DNA of 64,000 nt from Mytilus trossulus (taxonomy: Eukaryota), in assembly GCF_036588685.1 (NCBI RefSeq), contig NC_086382.1, positions 46,810,001 to 46,874,000 of the forward strand, given 5' to 3'. The notes under the pieces were generated by a model, which was not told the origin of the DNA, ran no database searches, and worked only from the letters and a program-made list of their open reading frames with translations. Position 1 is the first letter of the stretch, and the number at the start of each line of letters is the position of its first letter. Below are positions 46,401 to 59,100 of this stretch, piece after piece. Both the position numbers and the translations under genes were made by a program.

Positions 46401-49400
46401 AAGCAGTCCATCCATTTAGTGTGATAACAGAAACATCTTGACATTTAAATATATAACGGGCAACAACCCTAAGAGAATCATTTTTGTCGAGCCTTCGACT
46501 TTAGTCGAAAAAGCGAGACTAAGCGATCCTACATTCCATCGGCGGCGGTGTCGTCGGCGGCGTCAACAAATATTCACTCTGTGGTTAAAGTTTTTGAAAT
46601 TTTAATAACTTTCTTAAACTACTGGATTTCTACCAAACTTGGACAGAAGCTTGTTTATGATCATTAGATAGTATCCAGAAGTAAATTTTGTAAAAATAAA
46701 ATTCCATTTTTTCCATATTTTACTTGTAAATGGACTTAGTTTTTCTGCGGGGAAACATTACATTCACTCTGTGGTTAAAGTTTTTAAAATTTTAATAACT
46801 TTCTTAAACTATTCTGGGTTTGTACCAAACTTGGACAGAAGCTTGTTTATGATCATAAGATAGTATCCAGAAGTAAATTTTGTAAAAAAATAAATCCATT
46901 TTTTCCATATTTTACTTTTTAATGGACTTAGTTTTTCTGCGGGGAAACATTATATTCACTCTGTGGTTAAAGTTTTTAAAATTTTAATAATTTTCTTAAA
47001 CTATCCTGGGTTTGTACCGAAATTGGACAGAAGCTTATTTATGATCATAAGATAGTATCCAGAAGTAAATTTTGAAAGAAAAAAAAAATGCACTTTTTCC
47101 GTATTTTACTTTTTAAATGGACTTAGATTTTCTTTCAGTTAACATACATACCTGTAAAGTCTGCAGTTAAAGTTTTTAAAGCATGTATTAGATTCATAAA
47201 CTATGCTGGATTTTTACCAAACTTGGACAGTAGCTTCTTACAATCAAAAGATTGTATCAAGAGGAATATTTTTATTGATTTTTTTTCCTCGTTTTTGTTG
47301 AGCCTGCGATTTACAGCAGTAGGCGAGACACTGGGTTCCGCGGAACCCTTACAAATTTTTATAAAACTTAACAGAGTTCTGAAATATGCTTTCAGATAGG
47401 TACAAGCCTGACAATGTTTGAGTTTGCCTATGTCAGCTTTCTGCAACCTTTTTTGCCAGAATCCAATTAATACCTAATAGCAAAATGTATGATTTTCTTA
47501 AAAGATACCATGCAACTATGTATAGCTATGATGTTGGTTTTTTTTTGTCATTTTCATTCATAATTTTCATTAAATTTTGTATTGACTGTTTTTAATTCAA
47601 CACCAACCTTTTGTAATAATTCTATAAGGTTCATGGGATCAACATAGGAAGTTTTGAAACTTCTTTTTAGAATTTACACTCATAAAATGATTTTGGACAA
47701 GTTTGGTTCCATTCATTTTTTTTTGGTTCTTCAACATTTTTATTAATATCTTGGCAAACTGAAAATTTGAGAACAAGTGCAATGCAATTTCTGATAAAAT
47801 CTATATTTTCATGGGGCATAACTCTTGGAAATAAAAGAGGAATGTGTCTTTTGATAAACGTTTGTGTCTTGCTCAAGGTTTGAATCCAAAACAGGACAAC
47901 CAGAAAGACAGAAAGATGTAGACAGAAAGGACAGACAATCAGGGGTAAAATTTATGCCTCTGTCGCATACAGAAGGAGCATAAAAAAGCTTAACTTTTAA
48001 CTAATTCAGTATAGTTCATTTCATAATTCTATCTAAATTATAATATGTAAAATATAGGAACTTTCAATTATATCCCACATGACTGAAACAGTCAATCATG
48101 CAGCTTAATTTTTCTGTATGTATTTTAAAACTAAATATTATTTTCAGAACTGCATCAAGAGTTTTAAATTTCAGACAGCAGTAACAACAATTTAATATGA
48201 ATTATTAATTCAAAGTAACAGGATACAGCTGTTAAATGATATGCCATAGCATTCTCAAATTTCTAGTAATAAATATTTATATGATCTAAATATTGTTTTA
48301 ACTTCCAAGAACATTTTTATCAGAAATGAAATCAGGTTGTTTTTATAATTCTTTCTAGTTCATAATACACAAAATTTTAGATTTCAGCTGTATAACTGTA
48401 ACTATTTCAAATACTAACAATTAATTCCAATGACATTTTTTTTTTATTTTTTCTTAAAAATTAAGAGTGTATAAAAAACAAAAACATGAACACAACAGTT
48501 CAAATTTCTCCTAAAACATGGTTATACATGTTACAACAATATTAATAGTTTTGCTTGTCATTCTTATCTACTGTGGATTCATTTATTTTCGTTGATACCA
48601 ATTTTCATGGTTTGAGAAAAAATTACATGTTCTTGGATATTTAAATTAGTGGTTCCCCAGTACCCACGAAATCCACGAAAATTGGTATCCAACGAATATT
48701 AATGAATCCACAGTAAGTAGGAACATGATCTTCACTGTCATTTTGATTTTTTTGCATATTTGTCTATAGAATTTCTCTTAGTTATCAAGGTAGAATATTT
48801 TCATTTTACAATATTAAAAATAAGATGTGGTATGATTGCCAATGAGACAACTCTTCACCAGAGACCAAATGACACAGAAATTAACAAATATAGGCCACCA
48901 TACGTCCTGCAACAATTTCTCTTTCTTCAATCAAGATGTGCCTGTACTTATTCTTCCTTTTGCTCTGAGTGCAGTTTTCTGTTTCACAAGTATAAAGTCA
49001 TCTTGGTACTTGTGAAACTGGAGATATTACAGCTTTATTACAATATTTATCCATACCTGGGGTTTCTGGACTTTCTTCTTCTTCTCCACCTTTCAATGCT
49101 ATGGCTTTTAGATCTTTCAGTCCCATATACTGAAGAAATCTTTTCAGTTTTATCTGTAATGCATACAAAAACTCAAATCTTTCCAATTTCAATGCAACAT
49201 ATTTATATCTGTCCAAATCCAAAATCTGGATATTTTAAACTAAGATAAAAGACATGCTATAATTTTCAGAAGCAAACCCAGTATTTTATTGTTAGAAAGG
49301 CAATATGTTTCATAATTTAAACAAAGTACTCTGATAAAACTAAGATCTTTAAATTAGGTTTACTGACCATTTTGGTTGTCATGTGATTATGGGTTGTTGG

Positions 49401-52400
49401 TGTTGTTGTCTCATTGACATTTGCATATTATCTTATTCTAATTTTCAGGAAATCAGGTACATGTATTTTACATTCTAATAACATTATTTTTATGTTCCAA
49501 TTCCTGAAATCATCCTCAAATCTGGCTTCTCACAATTGTGTTAATTTTTCAACCACTTCTTTGACCCTTCAAAAGCACCTGAGATCAACCTTGGTTTTTA
49601 AGGGATTCACATAGCTCGATCAGTCTGGAGTTTTCTATGTTGTGTTTTGTGTACCGTTGTCTTTCGTCTTATTTGTTTTATTAATTATTTTTTTTGTCAT
49701 GGACTTGTCAGTTTGTATTTGGTAGAATTCACCTCTCTTTTAGTACAATTCAATTGTTTATAAACTAATACATGTAATATACAAAACACAGGTTAATACT
49801 TTATCTTTCCTTAATAAAAACAAGAACTCTTCTAATCCTATAAATCTGGCATTCCTCATGATGGCCACATCCATTGCTTGATACAACTGTAAATACAATA
49901 TATCTGTCAGTGATCTCTGTACATCATTTATAATATGTGGGTCTCATTGGGGTATAAGCGTGATGCAGGATTGCCGATTTTTTGTAAGCGTGACGCGTGA
50001 AAACGGGAAATGAGGTCTTGCGGGATCCGGGAAATGACAAAATAAATGAGAATTGCTTCGTACATAGTGTAAGTGGGAAACGGGAATCTGACAAAACAGT
50101 AAGCGGGATCCGGGATCGGAACCCCCCAATGAGACCCTCTAATATGAGGATAGGATCTCTATCTGTGCAGTTCAATTGTTCATTTTGTACCATACTCCAC
50201 AATTTACCATTTATCATAGTCCGCAAATAGTCAAAAGATAATATAAGGACCTATAAAGAGCTACAATTTCATAGCTAGAATACAAAGGGATTTGTCTGAT
50301 TATCTCTTTCTATTGATTGTTCAACAATAATTCTTTATAAAGATTGGACTTATTTGGTAATTTTACAGTGAGACTGTCATCTAGATTGGAGAACCTTGAA
50401 TGTTGAAAAAATATTAATGAGAATAACATGATCCTTGTTATAATGTCAATAATACTCATTAGTTTCAGGATTTAGGACTGTGAATGTCAGTGGTCAGAGA
50501 TTTCTCCTAACAAGAGTACACTGATTACAAATCTTACTTCTTTAATTGTTGTACTTTAACACTAAAAGTAGCCAAATTGTTTTCAATTTCATAACCCCTC
50601 AGGAATATTTATTAAAGAAGGGAGGACAACAAAATAACTTTTTGACGCTATGAATTTGAAAAAAAAAATATAATTATATCTATCAACTATCAATTTTCAG
50701 ATACTTGGAAAACATAACATTATCAGCTACAAATTATTCAAATTAAGCTTAAAGCCTTGTGTCCTAATCTTAATTGCCTTGTTTTTCATGTTTCTTGTAG
50801 AATTTACTATCTTATGTGTTTACAAATGTTTTCAAAATATGTTGAAGCACTGATTCAATTATTATTATGGGTAGAGCATTTGATAAATCATTAGTTTTTA
50901 ACCAACATTTGTAACTTGTTAGCTTATATGGGTACAAATGTATTAGTAATAGTACATTTTGATCCTTAGTCTTATTACGTTTCAAATAATGTGCATTTTC
51001 TTTTCTCTTTATAAGGTAAAGAAATGGGGTAGGACTGACAATGAAACAACTACCCACATTTATGCAAGGAAAAGGGATGTACACAACCACAAATTCATCA
51101 ATATGTAGGAATCTAAAAGAAGTAACAGGAATTATAGATCAGATTCTTTGTCCTATATATCTGACAACCAGATGCTCCGCAGGGCGCAGCTTTATACGAC
51201 CGCAGAGGTTGAACTCTGAATGGTTGGAGCAAGTATGGACACAACATTCAAGCTGGATTCAGCTCTAAATTTGGATTGTGATTAAAAAGTTGACACAGCA
51301 TAGGTTTCTGACACAGAATGGATGTGGTCTAATGAACTTAAAATTTTTGTTTTGCCTTTGAGCAATTCACTATGCTGTTGAATATTAATCCTCTCAAAAA
51401 AATGTTTGAAAAATTTTCTTTTTATTTATGAAATTTCAAATGAGAAAAATTGATTTTTTTTTTATTTTATCAGTTGGTAGTAAAAGTGAATATACATTGT
51501 ATATTGTATAAAACATTGATTTAGGTTGATTCAACTACTATTCTGGACAAAGAAAGATAACTCCAATTGAAATTTCTTGCTATTGCACAATATTGTGCAA
51601 TTAGATATTTCTTGCTATTGCACAAGACTGTGCAATTGAAAACACTTGCTATTGCACAATACTGACCAAAACTCCCAAAATCAATACCAACCTTCCTTTT
51701 ATGGTCATAAACATTGTGTCTTAATTTCATTGATTTCTATTTACTTAAACTAAAGTTATTGTGCGAAAACCAAGAATAATGCTTATTTGGGCCCTTTTTT
51801 GGCCCCTAATTCCTAAACTGTTGGAACCAAAACTCCCAAAATCAATCCTAACCTTTTTTTTTGTGGTCATAAACCTTGTGTCAAAATTTCATAGATTTCA
51901 ATTAACTTAAACTAAAGTTGTGGTGCGAAAACCAAGAAAATGCTTATTTGGGCCCTTTTTGGCCTTATAATTCCTAAAATGTTTGGACCAAAACTCCCAA
52001 AATCAATCCCAACCTTCCTTTCGTAGTCATAAACCTTGTGTTAAAATTTCATAGATTTCTATTCACTTTTACTTAAGTTAGAGTGCAAAAACTGAAAGAA
52101 TTCGGACAACGACAACTACGACGACGCCAACGTGATAGCAATATACGACGAAAAGTATAAAAATTATGACCGTACTTTTTAAAGAAATTTCAATTCTTTT
52201 AATTTTCAAATTTTGGCTTACATAAATGGCTCTTATCATAATGTCTTCAATATGGAGGATAAGTAAAATGTAAAAAAAAAAGAGTAAAATCTTGGAAATG
52301 AAAGTGTTCATACATGAACTTGAACATCAATGATAGATCAATGCATTTACACGAAAGCAGACATTTCTAGGTTGGAAAGATATAGATTCTAACACTGCAT

Positions 52401-52914
52401 CAAGTATGTTACAATATTTATCCACTCGAGACACTTAATTTTTCAAACTTAAAACATGAGGCTGGCTGAGTTTTAAATATTCAATATCTAACTGTTGAGA
52501 GCAGATAAATATTGTATTGCATAAGATCTGGTGGTGGAATCTATTTCTCTAATGATTCACTTTAGACGATAATGCAACAATCTTCATCCTTCTTTTCGAA
52601 CAACCTGCAAAAAGATGTTCTTTCTACAGGACGCCATCAAGCATTATGTTACATTTTTTCATGACGTCAAAATAGGAATTTCAGAGGAAAGCAATATATT
52701 TTGATGTCATAAACAAATTATGACCAATGAAGAACTTATATACTAAAAAAGTTGATTAATAAAAATAATCAACAGGTCAGGAAAGTCATTCATTGAGGAA
52801 GAATTTTCAGGGAAACCTGGGTAAATTACCAAAGAAATCATCTGTTGTTTAACAATCTCCTCAACCAGGACTGCTGTATCATACAATGGCTTCCTACAGT
52901 CTCCAAACCCATAC
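31471..52914 (-). CDS. SUPT3H: Transcription initiation protein SPT3 homolog (SAGA subunit), 5'-partial
   Basis: Phase-consistent GT-AG exons on -: 52830-52914 (YGFGDCRKPLYDTAVLVEEIV), 49800-49886 (FIGLEEFLFLLRKDK), 49057-49153, 45186-45254 (CHDFLSSIDQT), 43202-43266 (DEIKHERLL), 42375-42450 (RAELRTRGMDQKQYMEYFEARQASF), 39831-39952 (RFKEWL..LEVLSYFSYETVAQ), 39033-39206 (IVDLALLVKQD), 36938-37000, 36528-36590, 34060-34161 (KAKKRKK), 32008-32121 (AIQPKDVQEVMRRF), 31471-31515 (stop). The two 63-nt exons are less certain. Confidence 0.93.
34254..34420. mobile_element. TA-TSD MITE (CAGT terminus, pogo/Tigger-like)
   Basis: ta|cagtgaaacct ... aggtttcactg|ta. Confidence 0.75.
37324..39122. repeat. 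Minisatellite, 19 x 94 bp, duplicating a SUPT3H exon end plus its 5' splice site
   Basis: Unit ttaccacaggtggtgataggaccccttgtgtgggtgttgtggggactacaggggctgctggtccactaacaggagacacatcatacatatttac, starting at 37338, 37432, 37526 ... 38935, 39029 (one unit is 93 bp). The last unit is coding sequence of exon 39033-39206. Confidence 0.97.
46480..47360 (+). mobile_element. Helentron-associated (HINE/DINE-like) element with internal ~190-bp tandem array
   Basis: T-rich insertion site, subterminal repeats (ttttgtcgagcc / tttgttgagcc), a GGC/GTC microsatellite, repeats starting attcactctgtggttaaag at 46572, 46762 and 46953, and a terminal hairpin gggttccgcggaaccc. Confidence 0.7.
48571..48713. mobile_element. 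TA-TSD MITE
   Basis: ta|ctgtggattcatt ... aatgaatccacag|ta. Confidence 0.8.
49937..50139. mobile_element. MITE with 6-bp TSD (taatat)
   Basis: taatat|gtgggtctcattgggg ... ccccaatgagaccctc|taatat, with internal cggga repeats. Confidence 0.8.
51160..52175 (-). mobile_element. Helentron-associated (HINE-like) element with ~32-bp and ~160-bp internal tandem repeats
   Basis: Terminal hairpin ctccgcagggcgcagc, ttgctattgcacaa x3, accaaaactcccaaaatcaa at ~51665/51827/51987, and a (CGA)n microsatellite near the end. Confidence 0.65.
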
Positions 52915-55676
52915 CTAGAAACAGACAAAATAAATACCATTCATTACAAGTAACATGGTTGATTGTAGTTTGCTTAATGTCCCATGGCAAATATTTTATC
53001 ATATTCAGGATGATATTGACCTTTTGATTGATTGATTGATTGATTGTTGTTTGCTTAACGTCCTGTGGCAAATATTGACCTTTTGTTTATTATAAGTAAT
53101 GATGCAATTTGAAAGTTTAATTATGCTTTTAAACTTCTTAAATTAGATAAAACTTAGCAAGCAAGGGATAAAATTCAATTCTATAGTTCTGTTCAACATA
53201 TATTTTTCAGCGAAAATAGTTGTGAATTAAGATACTATAAAATTTGAATACGGCTAATATGTTTGTTTTGTTTTTTTCTGGTTTTTTTTTTCTAATTTGA
53301 TAATAATAAAAAAATTAAAGCACTCTCTTAACAAATGAGTTTCTCTTTTTCAACTCATTTCAAACTAAAATCTAACACCTAAAAAAGTTGCAAGGAAAAG
53401 TTCAATGCCAATGAAATACAATTCCTTTTTTATTAGATCATATGATACTCCAATGCCACATTTATGGGGTGATTTTTATTTATTTGGCATGTTGGTTACA
53501 CAGTGTTATATTCCTATTAAGAATTAATGAAGACAAATAATTGTCAAATAAAATCCTAGAAATAAAATTGTTGTGACATTTTTTTTTTTTAATCTCAAAA
53601 TGAATTGACATTTGTAATTTAAGAAATAAGGAAAATATAAATTACAATACATTGCAAATGACCTTTTCAATGGTTTAATATGAACCTCTTGCTGACATGA
53701 GAACTTGGAAGAGGTAGTTGAGATTAAACAAAACATGTTTAATCCATCCCACATTTTAGCACATGTCCCAAGTCAGGAGCCAGTTTATTCTTTCTTAGTC
53801 TTGTATATGTTTTAATTTTAGCTCATTTATATGTTCTGAGTGAGGAGTTAAGTATCACATCCATTTTAACAGAACTAGTGCACATTTATGTTTAGGGACC
53901 AGCTGATGCCCACTCAATGCTTCTTGATTTTTAATTGCTGTGTGAAGACCCATTTATGGCCTTTGGCTTTTTTTTTCTTAGGTCGGATTGTTGTCTCTTT
54001 GACATTATTTCTCAATAAAGCCACTTATTGCAAAATGATGTTTCATTTACATCTCGTCTTCTTATTTTGGATAATGAATGAATGGCCTACAAAAGAGATA
54101 AGGTGGAGAAGTAAAGGTAACTCATAATATTTTCTGTTTAGGGGGTGGGGATTATATTCTGTCTGTGCAGACATTAAGATATTTAAATACCAAAATATTT
54201 TATATGAGCTTTTGTATGCTCTTTTTTATTTCTTTTGTTCTCTTTTCTCTCAATTCTTTCCTTTTTCTCTGTCTTTTCTTTTCTTCTTCACATCTTTCTT
54301 ATATATAATTAAATATCTGTATACTAATGAAACCAAGGGAGACAAATCTTCCCAAAAACCAATGTAATTACTACGGAGGAGTTGAAAATTGTACTCTATA
54401 GTTGAGGTAGGATGGATTCAGTGTGGGAAAGTTAATAGTGTGGTATATTGTGTCACTTGTTTCAGAAGGCCATGTATAAGTACATGTAATTGGTCAATCT
54501 GTTAGCAAATAAATACAGCATTGTTGAATAACATTAATATGCTCAACTTTCTGGTATACTGTAATCAATATAAACATTTTGACTCAGAATTATCACAAAA
54601 TACCCAGTAGCGGATCCAGGGGGGTTCCAGGGTTGGAACCCAATTTTTTTAACGATCAATGCATTTGAATGGGCTCATATAGCTGTAAAACCAGCTTTGT
54701 CCTGGGTTGGAACCCCCCCTTTAAAAATGGCTTGATTCTCCGCCCTCATGACATACAAGATCTGTATAAATTCTATATTGTACAATCCTAAAGGAAGTAA
54801 AATGAAGAATAATGTTTGTCTTTCAGAGTAGGAATATATTATTAAAATGCCTCTATACCTGTGGTTGGCAATAGAGAAATGTTAATTCAGAAATAGGAGA
54901 CTGGTAAAATTGACTTTTGATTTTTTTTTCTAAATAAAGGAGAACATGTAGGTTTATTTGTCATTTTATATAGCTCTTTATATTCGTAGCGCATGCACAA
55001 AGTGTCCATTAGCATCATGGGGTCTTCTTTGAAATATTATCCCTATTTAGCAAACATCAAAAGGTACCATCATGACATATATAATACAGCATTTTGATGA
55101 AACATGGATACATTTCCTTTTAACATTGCCTGAATAGTTTCTGAGATGACCTTTAAACACAATGAAACACAATTCTACTAATCTTTTTAACCTTAAACTG
55201 ACAGTTAATACAGACAAATACCACACTTAAATTAACAACTAATCTTAAATGTAGGCACAATTTTTGATTTTTTTCTATTTATTATACTGTTCTAGTTTTC
55301 AGACAAATTATGACAATGTATTTCAGAGCAATAAAACAGACAAGTAACTTAATGAAATAAAATACTGAAATCTGCTTCAAGCAAATCAATGTGATATAGA
55401 ATTAAATACTGCGTAAATCAAACCAGTGCAATTGTACTTAACTACTAAAAATACTTCACTCTTTTTGTACTGAAGCAATATTCAACGAAGAGGCGGGATT
55501 CGGTTTTATTGTGTGGCAACATTTGTATATATTTCATACAGAAAATACCCAAAAGTCAGCTTGTAATGATATTTAACATTGCAATATAAACAGTGTGGCT
55601 GATCCAGAAATATTCATAACTGGGTGCACACTGCCTGCCTAAGAGGGCTTCTCATCACGCTTCATTGATTCCCTAT

Positions 55677-56144
55677 GGTGTCAGACCACCAATTATAAAT
55701 CCCTATCTGTTCAACCAAATTTTGCAATTTCCACAGCTTTCTAAAAATTTTACCTTAAGTTTAACTTCATAGAAACCAGGTATATCCTGAATTGTACATG
55801 TTTCAGCTTTCTACATGCCAATTTTCAGCATACCTTTAAAGCCTTCTAACAAAATAACTGACCTTTAAATAGAAGTACTCCAAAACAAAAACCTGGTTTT
55901 CAGGAAATCTAAAATTAGCATACTATGGAGCGCATTAATCCTCAATTTTTAATGCAAACTCATAGACAAGTAAATTTTGGCTCAAAATGATCTAGATATA
56001 TTTATCTTTCACCCAAAGTTTCATTTTTGCAAATTTGTTTGTTAGTTTAAGTAAACAAGGACATCAAAAGCACTATTTTGTGTCAGAGTAGGTCTACTTT
56101 TACATACGTTCTAAATTGGACGGAGTAATTGGTGGTCTGACACC
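55677..56144. mobile_element. MITE with 19-bp TIR, probably Kolobok-type
   Basis: ggtgtcagaccaccaatta ... taattggtggtctgacacc|ttaa. The left TSD is degenerate (ctat). Confidence 0.7.
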
Positions 56145-59100
56145 TTAAATCAACCAAAATTTTTCCACAAAAAGGTCTTATTTTGGTCTCAACTGAGTGA
56201 GTTTGAGAGATAGAAGTCTTGACATTTTTGCCCTGTTACATTTTTGGTTGGACAATTTTGTCTAGGTGAGCTGAATTAGAGAGCCTGTGTTGACCGCTCC
56301 CCTTGGTATAAATGTGCATATATTCAACAAATTACACTCTTCGAACGAAAATAAAGCTCTCTGTTTTGTATTGGTGATCATTTAGTCTGTTTGGTTTCTC
56401 TCTGTATCTTCTTCAGCTTTTGCTCAAAATACAAAAGAGGGTTTAGACCAATCACTACTGTAGAGATACTGTGACAGTATAATACTATGTCAACAAGATT
56501 TAATTTTTCAGTAGATCTTTGTTCATGCCCTGCTGATCATATATATATATATATATATATCGTAATTTTTTAAATATAAGGGGAAAATGCAGAAAATTGG
56601 TTAAAATTGTCTTCAAAGGGCAACAACTCCAATAGAGTCGACTGATGATATTGACAATGCAGACTTAACTATAGAACTTGTTTTGCTGATCAATGTTGCA
56701 ATTTAACACTTCACTCAATCTATCTGTTATATTCTTCAAGATAATAGTTGACAATTTTTTATATTTTAAGGGCAATTAAACACCTACATAAAAATTGTCT
56801 AACAAGTTTGATGTAAAATGTCAAATATTCTCTAGTTTATTATAATGTTTTCAAAATAATACCAGACAAAACTTGCATTTTACCTCTGTTTTCTTTTTAG
56901 CAATGTCAGTCATCTTCTTTTTTAGACTGCATGGGTGATCTGGAAAATTTCTTAAAATTCAGAGAACCCAATCATGAGTGTGGTCAAATTTGGTTAAATT
57001 TGGCCCAGTTAAGTTTCAGATGAGAAGAGTTTTGTCAAATCTAAGGACAATGGAAGAGGACAGATGCCAAGTGACACAAATGCTCACTTGGCCCTTTGGG
57101 ACAGGTGAGTTATAAAATGTCATAAAAACCTTGAAAAGTCTAATATTTTTGGTTGTAATTTACAACACCATCAAAGTTTGCCTTCAGACCTGACACCTAG
57201 AGATATGGAATGCACAGGTCTGTATTATGTCTGGTTACTTATATAGTGATAATTTTATTTATTTGTGAAGAATTTTCCTAGAAAGTAACAGCCTTTTATG
57301 TCTCATTATAAAAGCAGCAGACAATTCTCCCGAGGGGTATATTATCAGGAAATATCTACAAATATTACACAGAACACTGCAATGAATAAATCAATCTTAT
57401 TAATATCAGATCAAATGGTTACAATTTATTTCAAAATATTCATTAATTTCAATAAAAATCTGCAGTTTTTTCTCCCTAAATGGCAGCTGCATTTCCAATG
57501 CTAATTTGAAAACAAATTAATGCACAAAAAAATAAAAATAATAATTAAAGTTAACAAAGGTGCTGCATCATAAAGGATTCATGATATAACATCTTTATAG
57601 TATCATAAAATACTAAATCATTTAGAGGACTGTTATTGTAAACAGTATTGTATTGTATTGTGTATCTTTCACCCCTCATTTAAAACATCTATGTGCATTT
57701 ACAAATAGGATTGACAGAAACCTTATATTAGAATCAAACTTGTGCTTATGTTAATCTGAGTCCTTGGCCTTGGCACTGTTGTTGAGGAGCTATATCTTAT
57801 TAATCCCCTTCAACTTTCTCTGGTAAAGTAATAGCTATACTAAGGTCAAAATCAACATTTTACTTGAAATTTCTTGTAAAGGAAATTAAGAATATACTTT
57901 TGTATATGGTTTAGAGGTCTGAACAGCAGTGGAGATATGTAACATTGTGATATCACTGGTGCTTGGGCATGATCCAACGAAACACAAGAGTGCACACTGA
58001 AAAATATCTAGCCTGATTTAATGATCCTGATTGAATTTACTTTGAAAGTCTCGAAGAAAAAGGTTATACAACCAATATTACATAAAATTCACATGATCAA
58101 TTTTACCAATTTTATTAATGGGGATGAGGGGTGGGGGCCTCAGATCCCTATGGACAAAACCACAGGCTAACTTGCAAGGTCTTGTCATCACTACTAGTAT
58201 GTCTTACTTTTACAAAGTTATAATGAAAAGATCCCAGGATGATTATACATGTATAACAGCAAACCATACCCATACCTAAACATTATCAAGTTTCAGACCA
58301 AATATAAAACCATTTTCTTGCATACAGAAGAAGATTGAGGAATGCTTTCCTTGTACCACAAGTTGATTAATTTCCAACCATTAGCAAACAGGATGTGGAT
58401 GCATGGCTAACGTAAAAGGTGTCTCTTGTGGACAGTTGTCTCATTGTCAATCATACCACATCTTCTTTATTATATAACAGGCTCAGAACATCATCAAGCT
58501 ACAGATCATTCCCTTTCAAAGAAGCTATTAAAGAAATGCTGAACAAACTTTTTCTTCTGAAGATCTTTCAGATGGATTGAGTCCAGAAATTAGTATTTCA
58601 CAGCTTCACTCACAGTGAGGAAGATCAAAACCATTGCAATTCTTTGTTATGTTATAATTGCCTGCTTTAAAATTACCACAAAATCTGACATGGTCTTTTT
58701 CAAGTGGCATAAATTCAGGAAAAAATTCTTCTTTTTTTTTTTAGATATCTATCTGTTGCACTTAATTTCTTGTGCAGCCATTATGAATAGTTCTTCATAA
58801 TGCATAAATATTGAAAACAAGAATAACCGTCTAGACCAAACATTGAATAGTATAATAATTTATTTAACTTTAATTCATTACCAATGTGTTGGAATGTTAT
58901 TGTTGCTTTCAGCTGGGAATTATGATTATTTTTCAATTCAAGATTTGTAAGGTATACATGGTACTTTAAAACTCCATAACTTTATTTACTTTAAGGGGAA
59001 ATGATTTGGTGTATCATGTAAGATCTAGAAGATGTGGTATGAGTATCAATGAGACAACTCTCCATCTAAGTCAAAATTTATAAAAGTAAATCATTATAGG

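Noticed and set aside
48760-49248. 162-aa + strand ORF
   Set aside because: A composite of a dispersed repeat and the antisense of a SUPT3H exon.
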